Below, one piece after another: positions 57,493 through 64,000 of a stretch of 64,000 nt of DNA. The notes under the pieces are model-generated. The model searched no databases and was not told the origin of the DNA. It saw only the letters and a list, made by a program, of their open reading frames with translations. This DNA comes from Gammaproteobacteria bacterium. GTDB lineage: Bacteria > Pseudomonadota > Gammaproteobacteria > Steroidobacterales > Woeseiaceae. Made by a program: the position numbers and the translations under genes. Positions within the stretch are counted from its first letter, which is position 1; every line of letters begins with the position of its first letter. The stretch covers positions 50,209-114,208 of the forward strand of contig QOPG01000001.1 in assembly GCA_003331585.1 (NCBI GenBank). Reading direction: 5' to 3'.

Positions 57493-58881
57493 ATGGCTAA
57501 CCAAGCTGTTGATATAAGAAAAAAAGAAAATGATTATAAGGTGGCTGATATTAGCCTAGCTGACTGGGGCAGAAAAGAAATTACAATAGCTGAGTCAGAA
57601 ATGCCTGCATTAATATCACTGCGGGAAAAATATAAATCTCAACAACCTCTCTCTGGTGCCAGGATTCTTGGTTGTATTCATATGACCATCCAGACAGCAG
57701 TCTTAATTGAAACTTTAGAATCATTGGGAGCGGAAGTTCGCTGGACATCATGCAATATATTTTCAACGCAAGATCATGCTGCGGCGGCAGTCGCTGCTAA
57801 TGGTACTCCTGTCTTCGCATGGAAGGGAGAAACAGAGGAAGAATATGAGTGGTGCCTAGAACAACAAGTCCTCAAAGATGGTATCCCCTGGAATGCCAAT
57901 ATGATACTTGATGATGGTGGTGATTTGACTGCATTGCTGCATACAAAATACCCAGAGGTTTTGGATTCCGTTCATGGCATAACAGAAGAGACAACTACAG
58001 GCGTCCATCGACTTTATGAGATGCTAGAGACAGGTGAGCTCAAAGTTCCTGCTATAAATGTAAATGACTCAGTGACTAAATCTAAATGTGATAATAAGTA
58101 CGGTTGCCGTCATAGTTTAAATGATGCTATAAAACGTGCAACTGATCACCTCCTTTCAGGGAAGAAAGCGATTGTTGTTGGCTATGGCGATGTAGGGAAA
58201 GGTTCAGCTCAATCTCTTCATCAAGAAGGTATGATCGTTAAGGTGACTGAAATTGATCCAATCTGCGCCATGCAGGCTTGCCTAGATGGTTTCGAAGTTG
58301 TTTCAATTTACAATGAAGGTGATGTATCAAAAGGTGCGAATAAAGAATTATTATCCAACACCGATATGCTCGTCACCAGCACAGGTAACTATAATGTTTG
58401 TGACTCAGAAGTACTTAGCTCTCTTAAGAGCGGATGTGTTGTTTGCAACATTGGTCACTTTGATAATGAAATCGATACTCCATTTATGAGAGAAAACTGG
58501 GAGTGGGAAGAGATTAAGCCTCAAGTTCACAAAATCTATCGCGATCAAGAAAAAAATGATCATCTTTTATTACTCGCTGAAGGTAGATTAGTTAACCTGG
58601 GCAATGCTACGGGACACCCAAGTCGAATAATGGATGGATCTTTTGCAAATCAAGTTCTTGCTCAAATAGAGCTCTTCAAACGTGAATTCGCCAATCAAGA
58701 TACAGAAACTCAAAATAAGATGCTTAAAGTAGAGGTATTGCCAAAACATCTTGATGAAGAAGTCGCTCAATATATGGTCGAGGGTTTTGGTGGTGTTATG
58801 ACAAAACTTACAAAAGAACAGGCAGATTATATTGGTGTTGAAAAGGAAGGTCCTTTCAAACCTGAATACTATCGATATTAA
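57493..58881 (+). CDS. ahcY: adenosylhomocysteinase
   Basis: 462 aa. [16 protein letters not shown] and NAD loop GYGDVGKG. Confidence 0.96.
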   Translation: MANQAVDIRKKENDYKVADISLADWGRKEITIAESEMPALISLREKYKSQQPLSGARILGCIHMTIQTAVLIETLESLGAEVRWTSCNIFSTQDHAAAAVAANGTPVFAWKGETEEEYEWCLEQQVLKDGIPWNANMILDDGGDLTALLHTKYPEVLDSVHGITEETTTGVHRLYEMLETGELKVPAINVNDSVTKSKCDNKYGCRHSLNDAIKRATDHLLSGKKAIVVGYGDVGKGSAQSLHQEGMIVKVTEIDPICAMQACLDGFEVVSIYNEGDVSKGANKELLSNTDMLVTSTGNYNVCDSEVLSSLKSGCVVCNIGHFDNEIDTPFMRENWEWEEIKPQVHKIYRDQEKNDHLLLLAEGRLVNLGNATGHPSRIMDGSFANQVLAQIELFKREFANQDTETQNKMLKVEVLPKHLDEEVAQYMVEGFGGVMTKLTKEQADYIGVEKEGPFKPEYYRY

Positions 58882-58934
58882 AATCAATACGATCAACTGA
58901 TTCGTTCCTCAGTTTTTAATATCCTGCAAACAGA

Positions 58935-59693
58935 ATGGAAAGTTCTGAAAAAATAAAGCTGGTGCATATTACAGATATGCACCTGTCTAAATCTAAGGAA
59001 TCTTTATACAAAGAAGTAAATCCATTCGATTCGTATAATGAAGTATTAACCAATATAAAAAAATCTAATTGGAAACCTGATGCATTGATCGTAACCGGAG
59101 ATATATCCAACGATGGTTCCATTGAGTCCTATAACAATGCATTCAATGAATTTATCTCATTGAAAATACCAGTTCTGTGTATACCAGGAAATCATGACTG
59201 TAAAGAAAATTTAATAACCTGTTTATCTCAAAATATTTCATCTAGATTGCAAATAATTTCGGATTGGGTGTTTATTGGTTTAGATACGTCCCTAAAAGAA
59301 AATCCTAGTGGATTTTTAAATTCCAATGAATTATCGACATTAAAAACGCATATTGAGGAACATTGCAAAAAAAATATAATTATATGCCTTCATCATCAGC
59401 CAGTGCTTATAAACAGTAAATGGATTGATGACATTGGTTTGGAGAATAAGGAAGAGTTTTTTGAAATGATTGAGAAATATAAAAATATAAAAGGTATATT
59501 TTTCGGTCATATTCACCAGGAATTTAATTCAAATATAAATAACATTAGTATTTATGGAACACCGTCAACCTGCAAGCAATTCAAACCTAGAAAAAAGAAG
59601 TTTGAATTAGATGTGCTTCCACCAGCATATCGAAGAATTGAATTAAGCAGAAATGGCACCATTAATTCAGATGTAGTTTGGATAGACTCATGA
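58935..59693 (+). CDS. metallophosphoesterase, 3',5'-cyclic-nucleotide phosphodiesterase CpdA-like
   Basis: 252 aa. Motifs HITDMH, TGDISNDG, GNHD, LHH, GHIH. Confidence 0.7.
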   Translation: MESSEKIKLVHITDMHLSKSKESLYKEVNPFDSYNEVLTNIKKSNWKPDALIVTGDISNDGSIESYNNAFNEFISLKIPVLCIPGNHDCKENLITCLSQNISSRLQIISDWVFIGLDTSLKENPSGFLNSNELSTLKTHIEEHCKKNIIICLHHQPVLINSKWIDDIGLENKEEFFEMIEKYKNIKGIFFGHIHQEFNSNINNISIYGTPSTCKQFKPRKKKFELDVLPPAYRRIELSRNGTINSDVVWIDS

Positions 59694-59738
59694 TGTGAGT
59701 TAGAGACTTAATATACTGATCAGATAAATATAAGGTAA

Positions 59739-61019
59739 ATGTTCGTGGATCTATTTTTGGATGCAAAAAGAGTAATCGCTGGTGGTGTGAACTCGCCAGC
59801 AAGATCTTTTTCTGGTGTTGGCGGTGATCCGTTATTTTTTCGGTCTGCCAGAGGTGCATGGATTACTACAGAAGATAACAGAAAAATGATAGACTACGTT
59901 GGGTCATGGGGACCCATGATACTTGGTCACTCATATCCACCTGTAATAAAATCAATTCAAGATGCAATCCAAAACGGATTGAGTTTTGGCGCACCAACGA
60001 TTATTGAAACAAAACTTGCTAAAAAAGTAAGAGAATTTATACCCTCAATGCAACGCTTAAGAATGGTTAGTACTGGAACAGAAGCGACCATGAGTGCGAT
60101 TAGATTAGCTCGCGGCTTCACAAAAAGAGATCTCATAATAAAATTTGAAGGTTGTTATCATGGGCATGTCGACTCTCTTTTAATAAAGGCCGGTTCTGGA
60201 GCACTTACTCATGGTCAGCCCAGCTCACCAGGGATCCCTAAGTCACTAGCAAAACATACACTTACGCTTCGTTATAATGATATTGACGCTGTAAATCAGG
60301 CTTTTCAATCTCATGGAAGAGAAATAGCTGCAGTGATCGTTGAACCAATTGCCGGCAATATGAATATGATCAAACCGATACCAGGATTCCTTGAGCTACT
60401 TCAAGATAGATGCAAGGCAAATGATTCGCTTTTAATCTTTGACGAAGTAATGACTGGGTTTAGGGTTGCAAAAGGAGGAGCTCAATCAATATATAATATC
60501 GAACCAGATCTAACCACGCTCGGTAAAATTATCGGAGGGGGACTTCCTGCAGCTGCATTTGGAGGTAGAAAGGAAATTATGTCTCACCTCTCTCCAGAAG
60601 GGCCGGTTTATCAGGCAGGAACACTTTCCGGCAACCCAATTGCCATGCAAGCCGGTCTAACTACATTAGAATATTTAGAAAGAAAGGATTTCTACGAAGA
60701 ATTAGACAAAAAATCAATGAAATTAATGACAGAAATAAAGAGTATTGCTAAAAAAAATTGCCTTCCTTTTGAATTTACTTATGCAGGAGGGATGTTTGGC
60801 TTCTCTTTCAGTGAAAATGGTCCAATTAAAAATTTTGATGACATAGTTAATACGAATACCGAATTATTTAAAAAGTTTTTTCATGCGATGCTTGTGGAAG
60901 ATATATATTTTGCTCCATCCGCATATGAAGCTGGTTTTATGTCATCAGAACATTCTGAAGATGAAATTGATATAACGATAGCGGCTGCTGAAAAAGTTTT
61001 CAAAGACTTAAAAAATTGA
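59739..61019 (+). CDS. hemL: glutamate-1-semialdehyde 2,1-aminomutase
   Basis: 426 aa. GGVNSPARSF, FDEVMTGFR and PLP-lysine region TTLGKIIGGG. Confidence 0.95.
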   Translation: MFVDLFLDAKRVIAGGVNSPARSFSGVGGDPLFFRSARGAWITTEDNRKMIDYVGSWGPMILGHSYPPVIKSIQDAIQNGLSFGAPTIIETKLAKKVREFIPSMQRLRMVSTGTEATMSAIRLARGFTKRDLIIKFEGCYHGHVDSLLIKAGSGALTHGQPSSPGIPKSLAKHTLTLRYNDIDAVNQAFQSHGREIAAVIVEPIAGNMNMIKPIPGFLELLQDRCKANDSLLIFDEVMTGFRVAKGGAQSIYNIEPDLTTLGKIIGGGLPAAAFGGRKEIMSHLSPEGPVYQAGTLSGNPIAMQAGLTTLEYLERKDFYEELDKKSMKLMTEIKSIAKKNCLPFEFTYAGGMFGFSFSENGPIKNFDDIVNTNTELFKKFFHAMLVEDIYFAPSAYEAGFMSSEHSEDEIDITIAAAEKVFKDLKN

Positions 61020-61037
61020 GTTTTCGTTGATTATATT

Positions 61038-62393
61038 TTAGCTCAAATAAGTCAAAAGCTTTTCTTTCGCGCCCAAAAAATCGCCATTGCTAAGAAATAC
61101 ATGAACGCTACCCTCGGATAATTTTGAATCGATTGATAACGCAAGCTCGTCAGAGTCATGGAAAACTCGCATTAATTTATTTACGAAAAATGTGCTTTCT
61201 TCAATTTTTTTTCCAACCTCTTTATTGGATAAAAAATTAATGAAATCCAAATTTAAATCTGATAATTCTTGCAACAGTCTCTGGTTATGAACTCCAGATT
61301 TCATTGTATTTGATCGCATCTCAATTGAGACAGAAATATTATTATTTGGATATAGTTTTATAATATCTTTGATTGTTTTATTGATTGATGTTGGATGATG
61401 TGCAAAATCATCGTAAATAATAATATCTGAGAAATTGCCTACTAACTCAAAACGACGTTTAACCCCTGCAAATTTTGTCAATGATTGAAGAGAATCATTA
61501 GGAGAAATGCCAATCATATTGGCAGCGGCAATTGCACCAAGAGCATTTTCAACATTATATTCACCGTCAAGTTTCCATTCTTTTTTTAAGTTATACGAAG
61601 ATTTGTAAGATACCTCTAAATTATTTTTTTTCTTAAGTTTAGCTCTCCAATCACATTTATCTTGATAGCCAAAAGATTCAATTTCAGACCAATATCCTCG
61701 TTTAATTAACTCTTGTATATTTTTATCATCACCATTAATTATCAGTTTTCCATTTCTTGGCATAATTCTCATAAGCTGATGGAATTGACATAAAATCTCA
61801 TCTAAATCCTTGTAAATATCAATATGATCAAATTCTAAATTATTGATTATGTTTATTTCTGGATGGTAGTGAATAAATTTAGGTCTCTTATCAAAAAAAG
61901 CTGAGTCATATTCATCTGCCTCAATAACAAAAAATTTTGATTCTGTAAGCCTTGAAGACGTTTCAAAATTTTCTGGAACACCGCCTATCAAATAGCTTGG
62001 ATTTAATTCATTATCATCTAATATCCAGGATAACATTGATGAAGTGGTTGTCTTGCCATGAGTTCCGGAAACAGCAATTACGTATCTCTCTCTTAATACA
62101 TTCTCATATAACCATTGCGGACCCGATGTAAAAGGAATATTTTTTTCGAGAAGAGTTTCAATAACCTCATGACCTCGAGTCATTACATTACCTACGATGA
62201 CTTGGTCAGGCTCATCTTTCAGTTGAGATGAGCTGTAATCTTCATAAACTTTGATACCAAGTTTATTCAGTTGCTCGCTCATTGGTGGGTAGAAATTTAT
62301 ATCACTCCCTGTAACTTTATGTCCAAGTGATTTAGCTATTGAAGCCAAACCAGCCATAAAAGTTCCACAAACTCCTAATATATGTACATGCAT
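61038..62393 (-). CDS. mpl: UDP-N-acetylmuramate:L-alanyl-gamma-D-glutamyl-meso-diaminopimelate ligase
   Basis: 451 aa. MHVHILGVCGTFMAGLA and P-loop GTHGKTTT. Confidence 0.9.
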   Translation of the reverse strand: MHVHILGVCGTFMAGLASIAKSLGHKVTGSDINFYPPMSEQLNKLGIKVYEDYSSSQLKDEPDQVIVGNVMTRGHEVIETLLEKNIPFTSGPQWLYENVLRERYVIAVSGTHGKTTTSSMLSWILDDNELNPSYLIGGVPENFETSSRLTESKFFVIEADEYDSAFFDKRPKFIHYHPEINIINNLEFDHIDIYKDLDEILCQFHQLMRIMPRNGKLIINGDDKNIQELIKRGYWSEIESFGYQDKCDWRAKLKKKNNLEVSYKSSYNLKKEWKLDGEYNVENALGAIAAANMIGISPNDSLQSLTKFAGVKRRFELVGNFSDIIIYDDFAHHPTSINKTIKDIIKLYPNNNISVSIEMRSNTMKSGVHNQRLLQELSDLNLDFINFLSNKEVGKKIEESTFFVNKLMRVFHDSDELALSIDSKLSEGSVHVFLSNGDFLGAKEKLLTYLS

Positions 62394-62397
62394 TATT

Positions 62398-62901
62398 TTA
62401 ACTCTGATTCAGAATTTGGTTTTGAATAAGGAATTGAAAACATAAAGCTGATAGAGCTATCAAAATACCAAAAAATCGTTTTTTATTGATAGTGCTCGCG
62501 ATGATATGACCTTCGACTGGAATAGACCAAAGCATTATCAATCCAGCAATGACAGAAGCGAAGTTAACTCCAAGAAAAGGAGCAAAAAAAATAAATACAA
62601 CCACAAATGTAATAGTAATGAGAGATCCACATGCAATAATCGCTGAAATTGATTGTAGAGCGCGATTTGCATAACCATAAAAAATAATTATAAAGCAATA
62701 AAACAGAATCCCGCTTGCGTATGCCGTCAAATTTATTAATGGCTCTTGAGTAGAGTCATCATTAATCAGAATCAAAACACTTGATGATGAGATGACCAGA
62801 AGAATAAGTGATACAAGAAAAACTAACCATGAAGATGGAATTATATCAGGGCCTTTCCTAAGCATTACAATATCAAGAAAATTTTTTATTAATTTGGTCA
62901 T
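62398..62901 (-). CDS. hypothetical integral membrane protein
   Basis: 167 aa with 4-5 hydrophobic helices. Lies 4 nt upstream of mpl on the same strand. Confidence 0.6.
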   Translation of the reverse strand: MTKLIKNFLDIVMLRKGPDIIPSSWLVFLVSLILLVISSSSVLILINDDSTQEPLINLTAYASGILFYCFIIIFYGYANRALQSISAIIACGSLITITFVVVFIFFAPFLGVNFASVIAGLIMLWSIPVEGHIIASTINKKRFFGILIALSALCFQFLIQNQILNQS

Positions 62902-62979
62902 GAATTTTATTTTCCTTATATAGATAATTTAACCACACTCTCATGATATCCTGCCATTAAAACTGAAATTTGATAGCGC

Positions 62980-64000
62980 ATGAATAAAATCAATCAAAAA
63001 AAAAGCGAATCGATCGAAAAAATAAATAGTGAAATCTTGAAGCAATCATATATTGCAATTGATACAGAATTTATGAGAGAGCGCACCTATTTTGCAAAAT
63101 TATGCTTAGTTCAAATCGCTACTCCATCTTCCATATTTTGCATTGATACAATTTCTAACGATAATCTGAAAGAATTTTGGAATAGTATTTCTAATTCTTC
63201 GTGCATTTTTCATTCGGCAAGACAAGATCTGGAAGTAATATTTCAAAACTCCGATCTTCTTCCCAATAAAATCTTCGATACACAAATTGCTGCCGGGTTG
63301 GTTGGATTTGAACCTCAAATAAGCTACGCAAATCTGGTGGAGAAACTGTGTGGAAGAGTTTTAAAAAAAAGTCAAACACGAGCAAATTGGGAAAAAAGAC
63401 CACTTTCCAAGGAAATGATAAGTTATGCTCGTGAGGATGTTGAATTCCTTCTTGAGATGCATGCAATTCTTCTAGAAAAACTCAAAAAAATGGATCGAAT
63501 AAGCTGGGCAGAGGAAGATTCAAAGTCTCTAAATAATTACAATCTGTATAAATTTGACCCAAACGAAGCAATAAATAGGATTAAAAGCGCTAAATATCTG
63601 TCTGGTCGAACAAAAAAGGCTATACATTTATTATTGAAATGGCGAGAAGAGAAAGCCATCGAAAAAAATCTCCCCAGGCAATGGATACTCAGAGATAAAA
63701 CTCTTGTTGACATTGCATCAACTTCGATAGAGCTTAGTGATGATTTTTCTAATATTAAAAATATCTCAGAGAAATTTATTAAAAAAAACGGAAATGAAGT
63801 AATCAAAATATTAGAAAAATCTAGAATTTCTGCAGAAGATTACCCACCTGAAAATAAAATGAATGAAAAACAAAAAAAAATAATGGCAGAGATGCAAAAG
63901 TTTATAGCTAAAATTTCAAAAAGTTTAAATATTGCTCCGGAAATCATTGCAACAAAGAAAGAAATCAAGCTTTATTTAATGGCAAAAAATAAATCCAAGC
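62980..64000 (+). CDS. rnd: ribonuclease D (3' end outside window)
   Basis: Not in the ORF track because there is no stop before the window end. My translation from the ATG at 62980 stays open to base 64000. It shows DEDDy motifs IAIDTEF, HSARQDLEV, YAREDV, then an HRDC-like region. Confidence 0.88.
   Translation, partial: MNKINQKKSESIEKINSEILKQSYIAIDTEFMRERTYFAKLCLVQIATPSSIFCIDTISNDNLKEFWNSISNSSCIFHSARQDLEVIFQNSDLLPNKIFDTQIAAGLVGFEPQISYANLVEKLCGRVLKKSQTRANWEKRPLSKEMISYAREDVEFLLEMHAILLEKLKKMDRISWAEEDSKSLNNYNLYKFDPNEAINRIKSAKYLSGRTKKAIHLLLKWREEKAIEKNLPRQWILRDKTLVDIASTSIELSDDFSNIKNISEKFIKKNGNEVIKILEKSRISAEDYPPENKMNEKQKKIMAEMQKFIAKISKSLNIAPEIIATKKEIKLYLMAKNKSK

Noticed and set aside
63106-63806. 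Three minus-strand ORFs (70, 91 and 89 aa) listed in the track
   Set aside because: All lie antisense within the long plus-strand RNase D reading frame. The track omits that frame because it has no stop in the window.

Overview
AT-rich (about one-third GC by eye), very gene-dense bacterial chromosome segment. I call about 61 protein-coding genes. I recognise no rRNA, tRNA, CRISPR array, transposase, integrase or prophage gene. Synteny is gammaproteobacterial: petABC-sspAB, murA-ibaG divergent from yrbG-kdsDC-lptCAB, tkt-gap-pgk, metK-ahcY, rsmI/lpoA, mpl, rnd. Low GC, tiny or negative intergenic spacers and many catabolic genes suggest a streamlined marine lineage. SAR86-like is only a guess.

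The window splits in two. Bases 1-34.6 kb look accessory, with catabolic and detoxification genes:
- an aldehyde dehydrogenase fragment, several VOC proteins and two enone-reductase paralogues
- an MFS transporter, hydrolases, an atypical C-N hydrolase and an FAD oxidase
- a TetR-controlled RND pump
- a LeuCD-like dehydratase module with a CoA-transferase and an HMG-CoA-lyase-like gene
- a CoA-transferase-HyuA-HyuB-GntR operon

Bases 34.7-64 kb are core housekeeping genes.

I see no clear-cut novel system such as a defence island. The most unusual locus is a compact three-gene operon at 26441-28392. It encodes a NicO-like metal permease, an orphan 88-aa charged protein and a bicupin with a poly-His tail. 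Next are two CoA-transferase-linked catabolic modules of unknown substrate and a perfect 20-bp palindrome in a divergent promoter. All family assignments come from motif recognition by eye and need HMM or BLAST confirmation.
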